From Rhizaria sp. SCN 62-66 (Eukaryota), in contig MEDY01000098.1 in assembly GCA_001724265.1 (NCBI GenBank), forward strand, positions 58,735 to 78,734: a stretch of 20,000 nt of DNA, written 5' to 3'. A program made the translations under genes and the position numbers. A model generated the notes under the pieces. That model was not told the origin of the DNA. It saw only the letters and a list, made by a program, of their open reading frames with translations, and searched no databases. Positions 7,945 to 19,905 of this stretch are shown here, piece by piece. Numbering within the stretch: the first letter of the stretch is position 1; every line of letters begins with the position of its first letter.

Positions 7945-10900
7945 AGCCACTGTTGCGCGCGTCCTCGCGGCCGCAGCGCTCCAGCCAGTCGCCCATGGGA
8001 TCAGAGCCCGAATCGCCGTTTCTAGAGGCCGCGGCCACGGCGGCGGCGGCGGCGGACCGGCGCGCCGCGGCCTTGGTCTTGGGTGTCCCAGTGCTTTTGC
8101 TGGCGTTAGAGCCGTTGGAGGCGCTCACTGAGCGGGTGGACGGGACGGGGCTCACCGTGGACGCGGATGCGGATGCCGACGCAGCAGCACCGGCAGTCGC
8201 GCCGGCGGAAGCGCTGCTGTTGGCGAGGTTGTGGGCCGGGCTGCGGAAGGGCGCGAGCGGCGACGCCGACGGGCCCAAGTCGAAGCTGCCGCGCGACGCC
8301 GGCAGCAGCGGGGAGCCACCGCCAGCGGCCGCGGCAGCCGCAGCGACGGCGAGCGCGGCGCGCGCGGCGAGCTGCGGGGAGACAGAAGCGCGCAGCCCCG
8401 GGCTGCCAGGCGGAGCGGCGTGGGGGGCGAGGTCGTCCGTCGCGTGCGCCGCGGACGAAGCGGCGGCCGCGGCGATGTCGGACGAGGTGAGGTGGCCCGC
8501 ACCGGTGCCCGTGTTTTGACTCTGCGTCAGCCCAACGACGACGGTGGTGGCCGTGGACGGCGCCGCCGAGGGTACGAAGGCGCCGCCGCGGCCGGCGTCG
8601 CCGCGGCTGGCGTCGCCCGAGTTGCTCCGCGACCGGCCGCGCACGCCCCCGAGCCCGCAGCCACTGGGGGAGGTCGAGCGCGAACGCGAGCGCGGGCGCG
8701 TGGCGCCGGCGGCAGCGGTCTGCGGGCGGAACGGGGAGCTGGACCGCAGCTCTCTGTTGCTTCCAGCGTCGGCACCGAAGACGTCGACGAAGTCAGCGCT
8801 GTTGCTGAGGTCGCTGCCGGCGGCGTCGTCGTCGTGCATGGCGGCCGCGAAGCCGCCTCTGACGGTGGTGTTGAAGCGGTCCCGCGCGCGGCCGTGGTGG
8901 ATGTGGCCCTCAGCGTCGTCGCCGCTGTGGTTGTCCTCGCCACCGGAGTTCGAGCCAGAGCCGGAGCCGGAGCCAGTGGTTGCGGCAGCGGCAGCGGCAG
9001 CGGCGCCGACCGCGGCGGACTTTGCGCCGACGCCGGTGAAGTTGGTGTTGATATTAGCAGCGGCGTTCGAAAAGACGCTCGAGACAACATCCCTGCCTTC
9101 GTCTTCGTCGTCGTCATCGTCGTCATCATCGTGGTGCTTCTGAGTGAACCGTGCCTTCATGCCTCTCAGCCCTGCACCGCGCAGCATCGCGTCGTCAGCG
9201 TCGTCTTCAGCGGCACGGAGGGCGGCGTCGTAGTCGTCATCGCCGTCGTCGTAGCCGCCGTCGTCGGCCTCGCCCTCAACGGACAGCATGCTGCGCTGGG
9301 CCTTGTACAGGCGCAGCTGCGGGGGCGCCGCGGTGATCGCGTCTTGCATCCTGGGAGATGGTACCAAGCAATAACAACAGTGAGATGCGTGTTAGAAAGA
9401 CTTGATGCAATAACAAATTTCAGAGACGATACATTATGAACGATTTTAGCATGGAATAAATTGTTTTCACAAAGATATGGGTTGAATACGTACCGGCCAG
9501 TGACGGTGGGCCAGCCTGCGCTCTTGCCGAGCACCGCGGCGAGTCCCGGCGACTGCCTGGCGACATGACTGGCCGCATCCGCGACCGCGAGCAAGTGTGG
9601 CACATACCCGAGTCCGAACCGGCGCTGCGTCGACGTGGTGGCGGTGATTGGCGGCAGAGCAGTCGTGGCGCCCAGCGACGCGTAGTCCTTGGCAAGTGAC
9701 TGGAGCTTGTACGCGGCCTCGGCGTGGAGACCAGCCGCGATGAACTCGGGCAGCAACATCGCGCCAGAGGAAACCGCTGACTCAGCAGTGGCTGCGGTGT
9801 CAGACTTGCCGTTCACGGCGGCGGCGGCGTCAGCAGCAGCAGCGTCGGGGGTGTCGAGGTTGGCGATGCTGTTAATGTCGTTCGAGACCAGCGCGCGCGC
9901 CAGCGGCGAGGGCCAGGTGGAGAGAATCGTCGTCAGAGTCGACTCGACGAGCGTGTGCATGATGTTGTTCCACGGATGGGCGAGGAAAACAGCGTACAAA
10001 GCCGAGAAAATTGCAGACGAGAGCAGGGCCTGGGTGACGGCGTCGGTGCGCTCCACGGCGGCCGCCACGAGCGCTGTCGCATCCGAGGTCGTCATGTCCT
10101 GAGTTGTTAGAGTTAACAGATACATTAAAGATATAAATGAGTGAGTTAAAAAGTAAACTTAAAGTAGCAGCTATAAAATACAATCAAGCATGCCGATACA
10201 AAAGAATAATTTTGATTGGGTATCGGTTCAACGCGATAGATGCGTACCTGTCCGATGGAGGCAAGGTTGGCCGAGGTGGCGGCGGAGTAGCGCACGACAC
10301 AGGCCTCGCACAGACGGCCGACAACCTCAACAAGGCGGTGGCGCAGCAGACCGAGCGGGCGGACCACGACGAGGGACTGGGCCGGGAGCAAAGCGAGCGC
10401 CGTCGCTGTCTTCACGATGCCGTCATTGTTGTTCGAGTCAGTCTGGCTGTTGTCGGCGTCGTTGTTCTGAGTCTTGGTGGCAGCGGCCTCGATCTTGGTG
10501 GCGGCGGCGTCGGTGGCAGCGAGCCCCACAGGGTCGCTCATCTCGTCGTACTTGCTCTCGCTCGCACAGTCCGCAGACTCACTAGCATTCTCAGCGGCGC
10601 TGTCAGTGCTGGTGGAGCTGGAAGTGACCGTGGGCACGGCGACGAGAGACGGCGCCGTGACCGTGAGCGCGGCCGCGATGGCGGGGATGTGGGGCGCAAA
10701 CGCGTCCAGGAACGCGTGGGCCGCCTCCACAGTCAGCGAACCCTTCAATTCACGCGCGGCAGCGTTACCGTCCTCGCTGTTGTGCGTCGTCTTGGCCGTG
10801 TCACTACTGTTGCGATTATTATTATTGTGATTATTATTATAATTATTATTGTTGTTGTTCGTAGAGTCGAGGTAGGTGCACGAGTACGCGGTCTGAATCA

Positions 10901-12229
10901 TCACGATGACGGCGGAAAGCACGTGCGTCACGACCGCATCACTGCTGACGACCGACACCGCGCCGCCAGTCATGGCAGCGTCGGCACTCTTGCCGCTCGC
11001 CCCGGTACCCGTGGGCTTGGATGCGAACGCGGCGTTGAGGATGCGGTGCGCATTCTCCTCAGCGAAAAAGGCCGCCGCCAGCTTGCTATCGGGCGTCTTG
11101 ATGAGCAAATCGACCAGGAGGCGGGCTGCGTTGAGCGCGACGTCGGGGCGCGCGCGGGGCTCCTTGTCAAAGCAGTCGAGCACGAGCGAGACGAACTGCG
11201 TGTCGAGCAGCCAGGACGGGTCGAGCACCTCGCCAGTGCCGACATCCCAGCCGAGCATGATGAGCGCCTCCATACCCGTCTGCGCGCCCAGGTGGCGGAC
11301 GAGCGCGGGGATCACCTCGTCGCTGTGGGCTTGGACATACCGCAGCACGGTGGCGTGGCGGCGCTGGATCAGCGTGAGCAGGACCTTGCGGACGTAGACG
11401 AGGCTCGACGGGTCCACGCCAGCGGGCGCGGACGTGAAGGCGCTGAAGAGCGTCGGCAGCGCTGTAGGCTCGGCCAGCACGCAGTTCAGCAGATGCGGCG
11501 GCGCGAGGGTCAGCGCCTCGGCGCAGACGTGGCGCAGGCGGGGCGTGGGCCCGCCGTCGCCGCTGTCGATGTCGTCGTCGTCGTCGTCGTCGCCGTCGCG
11601 CGCGGCACTGCCGCGGCGGCGGCCGTCCGAGTCGGAGTCTGAATCCGAGTCCGAGTCAGTGAGGCCCGACAGCGCGGCCGAGATTGCGGCTGACGATGAG
11701 CCGGCGGCCGCGCCGGACGCAGATGCGGCCTTAGCGGCAGTGCGTTCGGCCTTGGCGGCGGCGCGCGCGGCCTTGACCTCAGTGCGCGTGCGCTGCGCGA
11801 CGAGATGGGCGACGGCGGCGTCAGTGGCGGGGGTCCCGTCCGGGAACTGCGTCACGATAGGGCAGTGCGCGTAGCCCTGGCGCGGGTACGGACTCACCAG
11901 GTTTGACAGGAGTTCGCGCAACACCTCGGGCTTGGACAGGCTGCGCGGGCAGAGAAAAGAGAAACAAACAGATAGAAACGAGAGACATAAGTGAGATATG
12001 GTGGATACGGAGATCGGTAGTCCAGCAAGGTTGAGAAATGGCTTTGTTGACATAAGATTCGTTGGAGTGTGACGTACTAGGCAATAATATCATCGTTTCC
12101 TGACTTGATATCCTGCGTGAGCGCAGTGTGGAACATGACGTCTTTGAGCGTAAACGAGTCGCGCGTGAGCACCTCAGCGGCGGACTCTGAGGCGGCGCCA
12201 AACATCGCCCAAAAGGAGCCGGCGTCCAT
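7760..12229 (-). CDS. PPP6R: SAPS-domain (SIT4-associated) protein phosphatase 6 regulatory subunit; exons 12229-12078, 11940-10248, 10098-9494, 9350-7760 (1346 aa)
   Basis: N-terminal SFW...FTLKDVM...QDIKSGNDDIIAYLSKPEVLRELL, later PLGLLRHRLVEVV, FLAHPWNNIMHTLVE (cf. FFxYPWNNFLH) and LGYVPHLLAVA (cf. GYMGHLTxIA), then a long acidic disordered tail. Three GTACG..CAG introns join four ORF-track fragments in phase. Paralogue-level naming is not possible. Confidence 0.88.
10816..10859 (-). repeat. Coding (AAT/AAC)n microsatellite encoding an Asn-rich run (NNNNNNYNNNHNNNN)
   Basis: Direct reading of ttattattattgtgattattattataattattattgttgttgtt inside SAPS exon 2. Confidence 0.85.
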
Positions 12230-12918
12230 GGTCACGGGGGCAGGCAGCGCGAGCGGAGACGCGGGGTGGCAAAAGCCGGCGGTCGCTGTGTGTTGAGGGA
12301 CTGTTGCTGCGTTGCAAGTCTTCGGCACTCAGAGCTGACTTGGTTGAACAGTGCTCAAGAAAAGCACCGAGAACTGTGTAAGGTAGAGACGAAATCGAGT
12401 AAGAAGATAGGTAAGCGCGGTAGTAAAGACAATAGATCAGACATGTGCTTGAACTGGGGCTGCTGAGGGTGACTGCTGGTGTGTGTGCACGAGGTTGGCG
12501 AGGGCCGTATGCAAGGGTTGGTGGAAAAAGTACAGGATTTTCATGCTGTCTTGTACGATGTGCAGCGGGGTCTGTTTCGGTATTACGAGATACCTAAAAT
12601 AAATTGCTACAGCAAATCATCACCATCTGCCGCAACGCAAAACTCAAATTGATATAGGCGGACGAACAATCCCGCGACAACCTCATTCATATTTCCCTCC
12701 CAACACTTTGACTTGCCTAGCCTCTCGTTTTTCAAGAACCCCGACCGATCGACCCGCCCGTTGCAGTCGGTCTGAGCTGGACTGTGGGAAAAAGGTTAAG
12801 CCGCCCCGGTCTGCGGTTGGGGCTGCCAGTGAGTCGAGACGGCGCGGCTCGCGAGCGGGGTTTTCTTGTTGTCCCGACTTCGCTTCTGCAGAATTTAATT
12901 CTTTTTGCAGAGAAGCAA
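12230..12918. promoter_or_regulatory. Divergent promoter/5' UTR region between the SAPS gene and the mS45-like gene
   Basis: Divergent ATGs at 12229 (-) and 12919 (+), with an AT-rich core at about 12520-12700. Confidence 0.5.
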
Positions 12919-15900
12919 ATGTCTCGCCTTGTCCGTTACGGCCCCCGCGCTGCTCGGGCTACTGGTACGACGGTGCAGTCTCAGTCGCGCAGGGCGTTCT
13001 CTACTTCCGACAGCAAGAGCGCCCCCGAGGCGACCCCGAGCGAGGCCCCTGCCGCTGCTGCGCCTGCCGCCGCCGATCAGGATGAGTTCAAGATCGCTAG
13101 CCACAGCCTCACTGCGCGCAAGTCTCGCACGCAGATCACTGACGAAGCCCTGAGCCGGACGCCCGTGGGCGCCCGCGTGGAGCGGCTGCGCGACTTCACT
13201 GGCGTCGCGTCCCGCCACGGGGCCACCGACCCTGTTTTGCACGAGACTATCCGCCGCGCTGAGCTGTCCGCCGCCAAGAAGGATGAGAAGAAGAAGAGCG
13301 AGTGGAATAGCATCCTTGCGTCGAACGAGCCCCCCGCTGTTAAGTACGTTTACCGTCATTTTGACAAAAGATTTTATACTACCCCGCTTCACTCGCACCC
13401 ACCCCGTTTGCCCTTGTTTGCCCTTAGTTGCACCCTCTCACGGCTTTGTATATGCATTCTTTCTTTTTGTCTCGCTGTGTCTACCTCTCTACAGGGCTAA
13501 GAAGCTTATTGCTGCTGGCGCGCCTTCGAACATGATCCTTAACACCATGCACCACGGTACTGCTCGCGTCCGCATCAACAAGAGCGACCGGTACGTTTCA
13601 TTATAACCTCTCGCGATTGCTAAGTTCACTCTTTTGCTCCCAAACCTTTTGCCTTTTATATAACACGCGCCACCACATACTAACATATTTTTTTATTTCG
13701 CCCTCTTTTCTGTTTTCCCTTTCTATTTCTTTCCTTTCTTTCGCATTCACTTCACCCCCTCGTCACACCGGTTTGCTCTATTCGGACCTCAAATTGACTC
13801 TAACTGCCACACGACGCCACTACAAACCTAATCCTATCACAGTGGCAACACGGACTCTCAGGACTATGTGGGCGCCAACCGCGAGCGCTTCATGGAGGAG
13901 TTCGACACGTCCGCCCAGGACCACGAGAACTCGTCCGACCCCGACGTGCTTCCCCGCCAGCGTGCCTTCACGCGCGACGAAATGCACCGTCTCCTGCAGG
14001 ACGTCGAGCACAGCGCGCGCAACGAGGCTGCATACGACCAGCAGCTTATGCTGCCCGCGTCGATCATGCTCCAGCTCCAGGAGTCGCTCTCTGAGCTTAA
14101 CGTCCTCCACAACGCTGCCGCCATCTACGTCGACAACGGTATCCGTGTCCTCACCGAGCCCGACGCCCTCGACGAGCTCTATCTCGCCAAGAACCGCGGC
14201 GACCCCGAGATGAAGCGCGCCGAGGACCTCTCCGTCACCAACGCCGCCAAGCTCAACGGCGTTGCGATGAACCCCGCCGAGGGCCTTGCTGCCCTCCACT
14301 CGACCTACGCCGCCGGCTCCGGTGGCGCTGCCGCTGCTGCTGGCTCCGCCTCCGGCGCCGCTGCTGGCGCTGCTGGTGTTGCTGCTGGCCCCGCCAGTGC
14401 CGCCGCGTCCGGCGCCGCTCTCGCCGACGCCACCGCGTACGCCGAGACCCGCCAGCGCTCGCTCACTGCCTCCGCCGACTTCGCCGGTCTCCCGCTCGAG
14501 ACCCCCGACGCGCCCCAGGACCCGCGCCTGCCCCACGGCACGGTTGCGCGCCCGTTCAAGAACATCTTCGCCGAGGCCGAGGCGCGCGCGCGGTCCGCGG
14601 GTGTCAACGGCATTCTTGACCCCGACGTCCTCCCCTCTGCGCTGGCCCGCCCCACGGTCAGCGAGCTCACGGGCGAGAACGGTGACTTCCCGTTTCGCAG
14701 CACTGCCGACGGCGAGAAGCTCTGGGCCGCTACGCGCCCGCCCGGCATGAAGCCCGAGGACGACCCCATGGTGCGCCGCGGCCGTCTCGCCGCTGCCCGC
14801 CTCGCCGACGCTGGGCTCCCCGCCGACCTCGAGGTCGCGACCAACTACCGCGAGGCCGTGCACCTGCTCGGCCAGCCGCGCTTCCGCGGCTTCATCGAGC
14901 AGCTCTCGGGACTCGACCGCGAGGCGCAGCTGGAGAAGCTGCAGGCGCTGGCCGCCATCTACGAGCACGTGCTCTTCTCCCCCGTTACCGGTGTCCACTA
15001 CGAGGAGGAGGCCCGCGCCGCGCGCCGCATGGTCGAGGCCAACCGCCGGCAGACGTCCAACAACCCGCACCCAGACCCCGTGGCGCAGGAGGAGGCCGAG
15101 ATCATCGACCCGCCCAAGGAGGCCAACGAGACGATGGCGCTGCTGCGCGAGCTCACCAAGTTCTCCCGTGACCCCACGCCCGTGGAGGAGCTCGATCCAA
15201 ACAGCGACTACGACTACCGCTACGGCCGCTTCTCCAAGCCCGCGCCGGCGGATTTCACGATGAAGGACATGAGCGACACGATGACGGACGTGATGCGCCA
15301 CGACCGCTTCCATCAGTACTACGAGACGCCCCTCAAGACTCCCGACAACGGCACCGAGCCCCTCGCGGCCGAGAACACGCTCGAGTCGTTCAGCTCGCTC
15401 CAGCGCACCGAGTACCGCAAGCTCGCCCGCAAGGCCAACGACCCGCGGTTCACGACCGTGCTGGCTAACAGCAAGCTGCGCCGCTACCGCCAGGGCCTCG
15501 ACCTCTACTCGGGCATCCCGTCGCACCTGCTCGACTTCCTGCACTACTCGTCGCTGCCGGCCGACGACCCGCGGCGCGTGACGCACCCGCTCGCGGTCAA
15601 GATGGCTGAACAGGTGGGCGCCGTGCGCGACGCCATCGCGACCCCCGAGCACTCGGCGGGCGGCGCCGTCGCGGCTCACTCCGACCTCGAGACGGGCGCG
15701 CCCTTCCTCAACGGCGCTGTCCCGCCCGCAGTCGTCAAGGCCACGCATGCCGCGCGCGCGGCGCGCGAGGCCGCGGCGAACCCCGTGGAGTGGGATGCAC
15801 ACCTGGACCCCGTGACCGACACGGATTACGACCCCATCCTGTGGCAGCGCGTGGAGCCCTTCCTGGCCGAGGGTGAGAACACGCTCGAGTTCCCCGACCT

Positions 15901-18541
15901 CGAGACGGACCTCGAGCAGGAGCTCCAGGAGCGTTCACGCCTGCTGCCGTCGGCGACGGGCAAGCCCATCGCCGAGGACGACGTGCGTCTGGTCGACGCC
16001 ACCGATGGCGAGATCGAGCCCGTCAACGGCGTGTCGTCCATCAACCCGCTCATCGCCAAGATCTACGGCCGCGAGGCCCGCGTGAACCGCGAGCTGTCGG
16101 CCGCGCTGGGCACGTTCCCGGCCTCGCAGACGGCGGCGCTGGCGCAGCTCTTCGCGCTCGATCCCGCCGCCGCCAAGACCGCCGTGCGCGGCGCCGTGGA
16201 CCGCTACTCGGTGCTTGCGGCCATCGGCTCCGGCGAGCTCCAGGTGCCCAAGGAGCTGCTGCTCGAGGCGGGCCTCGGGTCGCTCAAGGCGCTGCTCCCG
16301 CCCGCTGTGGACTTTGCCGCCGCGCTCAAGGCCACGCAGGCCCGCGCTCAGGGCTCGCTCGCCCTCACCGGCAACGCCCCCGCTGCCGCTGCCTCCGCCT
16401 CTGCCGCTGCCGCTGCCCCTGCTGCTGGAGCGACGCCCATCTTTGCCGTGCCGGGCTCCGTGCTCGCCGGCAACGGCGCGCTTGACGGCAAGGCTGTTCC
16501 GGCCCTCGTCGACGGCCTCGACGCCGTGTCTGCCGCTACCACCTCTGCTGAGTCGCCCACGGTCGCCTTTGCCGCGGCCCTGGAGCGCGCTGCCGAGGCC
16601 GTGCGCCTGGACAAGATGCGCAAGATGCTCGCCTCGCGCGGCCTCGACTCGACTGGCGCCCAGCTCGCGCACCGCCGCGCCGAGAACGCCGCCAAGGCCG
16701 AAGCGCTCAACGCCGCCGCCGCCATCTCTGCCCTGCGCTCGCGCGCTGCGGCCGCGGGCGGCGACGTGCTGTCGCTGCTCGACCCCTTGGACCCGCGTCT
16801 GCAGGCCATGCAGGTGCTGCCCTACTCGTCCGGCGAGGACTCGACGCTGGAGCGCGACCCCGGTTTCGCTGACCGCAAGATCGTCGCGTCCAACGTGACG
16901 CAGCCCGTGTTCGAGGACGAGGACTCCGACAACCGTCTCGAGGCGATGCCCAAGGCCGAGCTCGGTGACAACGACTCGCTGTCGCGCACACTGCAGGACC
17001 CTGTCGAGTACTTGCAGGATAACCTCTCGCCGACGCAGTACCGCATTCTGTACAACAACGTCGAGCGCCGCCGCGAGAATGCGTTCCACGCCAACCAGCT
17101 CTCAGACGACGAGTGGATGTCTCTGTACTCGCGCTCGCGCTCCCGCGAGTCGCTCATGGGCATGGACGGTTCCGAAACGGAGGAGCGCGAGCTGCTGCTG
17201 ATGCGCCGTGAGATCACGACTGGCGCGCTCGAGGCGATGCGCGAGCGCAAGGAGGAGCGCCATAAGCTCAACGACCACGACACGGTCATCTACGACAACG
17301 ACGTCGACACCAAGGCCGACCTCGACGAGATGCACATGCACCGTATCTCGCGCCAGCTCCAGCCCTACGAGGTGCTGCCCGTCACGGACAAGGGCTCCGC
17401 GCCCTTCATCGCGATCGAGCAGCAGACGCACGTGTACAACCTGCACAAGCTCGACCCCGCGACGTTCCACCCCCGTTGGATCGCCAAGCGGCTTAACATC
17501 TCACCCAACGCCGTCGTAGCCATGCTCAAGGCGCAGGACCTGATCCACAAGACGCACATCCACGAGCGCTCCTCGCGCGTCGGCGAGTCGCGCAACCCCG
17601 ACCCCGCGGCCGACTCGTCCGAGGACGACGGCCGCCCGCTGCCGTCGGGCCCTGAGGTGGACCTGCTCGACGAGCGCGTGCTTTACCCGCGCACGCTCGA
17701 CGACCTCCAGATGCCGTACCCACCCGAGACGACGCTGTCGTCCGAGTCCACCGAGACGCTGCTGTCGCTCGACGCGCCGCACCTCATCGGCAAGGTGTCG
17801 TTCGAGGAGGATTCGTTCCGCGACCCTGCCTGGGGCCGTGAAAAGTACGCCCCCGTGCGCCTCATCCACGAGGCCGACCTCGACAAGCGTGGCGGCGCCG
17901 AGCGCGAGCAGGACCAGCTCAACCGCATGTGGGCCAAGAAGGAGCAGATCCTCGACGCTGTGGAGCGCGCTACGTTCGCCAAGTTCGGCCCCGTGCACTG
18001 GGCGTCTGGCCGCGGCACGCTGCAGCGCCCGCCCAAGATGCCCCGCGAGATCATCTCGCCCGACCTGCAGCCCCCCGCGCGCCACAACTGGGTGCTCACG
18101 GGCACTGAGGAGAGCTACCGCAGCACCTTCACCGTCTCCGTGCGCGACCGCGATGGCTACTTGCGCCACCCGACGTTCCGCGAGTTCATGAAGGTTCGCC
18201 GCCGCGAGCGTGACCAGCGCCTGCCGTTCTACTGGCGCAAGCACAAGGTTGTCGCCAAGCTGCCCGAGGTCAGCGCGATGTACGTCGACCAGGTGCTGCT
18301 GTCGCTCATGCGCACCGACGGTGTGTCGAAGCACGGTGCCCGCGTCGTCGACATCCACTCCGAGATGCACCAGGCCGAGGAGCGCGACGAGGTGTCCGCC
18401 GCCGAGCTCGACGTCGCGCTCGGTATCGACATCGGTGAGCAAATGCACGCTGTCGACGTTGTCCAGGACGAGACCTTCTACACTGTCGCCTCCGAGTCGG
18501 ACGGTGGGGTCTACTCTGACGGCGACAAGGCGCGCGCGTAA
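12919..18541 (+). CDS. Large putative mitochondrial protein (1739 aa) with a C-terminal region resembling mitoribosomal small-subunit protein mS45 (Bot1/GCD1 family); exons 12919-13343, 13495-13590, 13843-18541
   Basis: Presequence-like start MSRLVRYGPRAARATGTTVQSQSRRAF|STS. Two GTACGT..CAG introns join in phase, and there is strong C/G third-position bias. The motifs VYNLHKLDPATFHPRWIAKRLNISPNAVVAMLK and VSVRDRDGYLR lie near the C-terminus. The gene structure is well supported; the family call is from motif memory and less certain. Confidence 0.75.
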
Positions 18542-19730
18542 GCGCTCTGATGTCTCTGGTGGCGTTGCCGTCGTCGCAGTCGTCACAATTGCTGTCTCTC
18601 GCGACGTCGCCGCCGCTGTTGGCGGCGTCGCTGACTCGTCTTGTCTTGATCATTATCATCATCTTCACTCTTGTCTTGGTCTAGTTGTTCTTGGTCTGAT
18701 GTTGTCTTTGGTTTTGTTGCCGTTGTCGATATCATTATCTTCGTCTTCGTTGGTGTCGATAAGTTCGGTTGGTCTGGTTGGTGGTTGGTGGCCGCGCTAC
18801 ACTGCGGTCGTGGTGCATTTCCCGCTGCTGCAGCGCGCGCAACTGCGATGTGACTAGTGCGCGAGTGGATGAGAGTGTGTCGCTTTTTGTGTGGTTTCAT
18901 GGTTGTTATTGTTGCTACGACTGACATTTGATCCCTGTGTTGATAGCGTATTTATTATGTGTGTCAGTCACACACACGACGCAGGAGCTCAACTTTATCT
19001 CATCAGACAATGACACTGTCACACGATCGCGATCACTGCTATCTCTCACACTCTCTCGTGCGCTTAGTCACGCGTACTGTTGCTACTGTTGCGGTGTTGG
19101 CCACGCTATTTGCTTTTACTTTTATGTATTCGCTTGCAGGGCGCCTCGTTGCGACTGCAGGCCACGCAAAACTCGCTCTTGTTACGAACAGGTCGGAGAG
19201 CACAAGTATATATTAATATTCAATTTAAAACACATAACGAACAAAAAACACAAAAATATATGTATCTCAAACAATACAAATATCTTATTTACTCCAATTC
19301 TACTCCACGTCGCATCTTTAATTGTTAATACACCAGCATGAGCCACTGCAGCATCTTTGATTAAGCCGTACATCATCCTTGACCACACGAGAGGAAGCCG
19401 CAATTCACGCTGCAATCAAAGCTGATCATCAGCAAGCTTTTGGGTGAACACGCTTCCACACACTGCAGTGACGCTTACAACGATGAGTACACAGTAACAC
19501 TGAGCATACAGTAGAGATGCAGTTTGATTAAAGATGAGTCTGAAGATGCGACTTCGTTGATATGACTATGCGTTGATATGAAATGAAGAAAGATATGGAG
19601 ATGCTGAAAATGTCTGGATTTTTGTATTTTGTCGTTACTACAACGCACACATCGAAGAACTACTCGGGGTGCCTGTAAACACGCATACACAGAGAGTGCA
19701 AGAGGGTTAACTCCACCAACTCATCCTGTG

Positions 19731-19754
19731 ACACACGCACACACACACACACAC
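19731..19754 (+). repeat. Imperfect (CA)n microsatellite downstream of RPS11
   Basis: The sequence reads acacacgcacacacacacacacac. Confidence 0.8.
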
Positions 19755-19905
19755 GTAGCACGCAAGTCCCCGGCGCGCGCGCAGCAGCGGCGACGGAAGC
19801 AACAGCAAACGACAGTCACCACAACAGTGCACGGATTGACACTGTTGGGGTTACTGCCACCGCTGCTGCCCCAGGGTCTGACTAAGAGCGCGATCGATGC
19901 TCAAT

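Noticed and set aside
7800-11874. Plus-strand ORFs (501, 402, 239 aa and others) over the SAPS gene
   Set aside because: Antisense shadows in GC-rich low-complexity coding sequence; the SAPS motifs and splice sites are on the minus strand.
12077-12079. Apparent TAG stop after SAPS exon 1, suggesting readthrough or an alternative genetic code
   Set aside because: The TAG spans the splice donor (TA|GTACGT), and splicing restores TAC (Tyr).
12430-12625. Minus-strand GTGATGA as a C/D snoRNA C box
   Set aside because: No CTGA D box at a typical distance and no terminal stem.
13820-18586. Long antisense ORFs (660, 384 and 361 aa) opposite the giant gene
   Set aside because: They are codon-registered shadows of a strongly C/G-ending coding strand and have no recognisable motifs.
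18583-19900. Short ORFs in the 3' intergenic region
   Set aside because: Simple-repeat-rich UTR-like sequence lacking the codon bias of the real genes.
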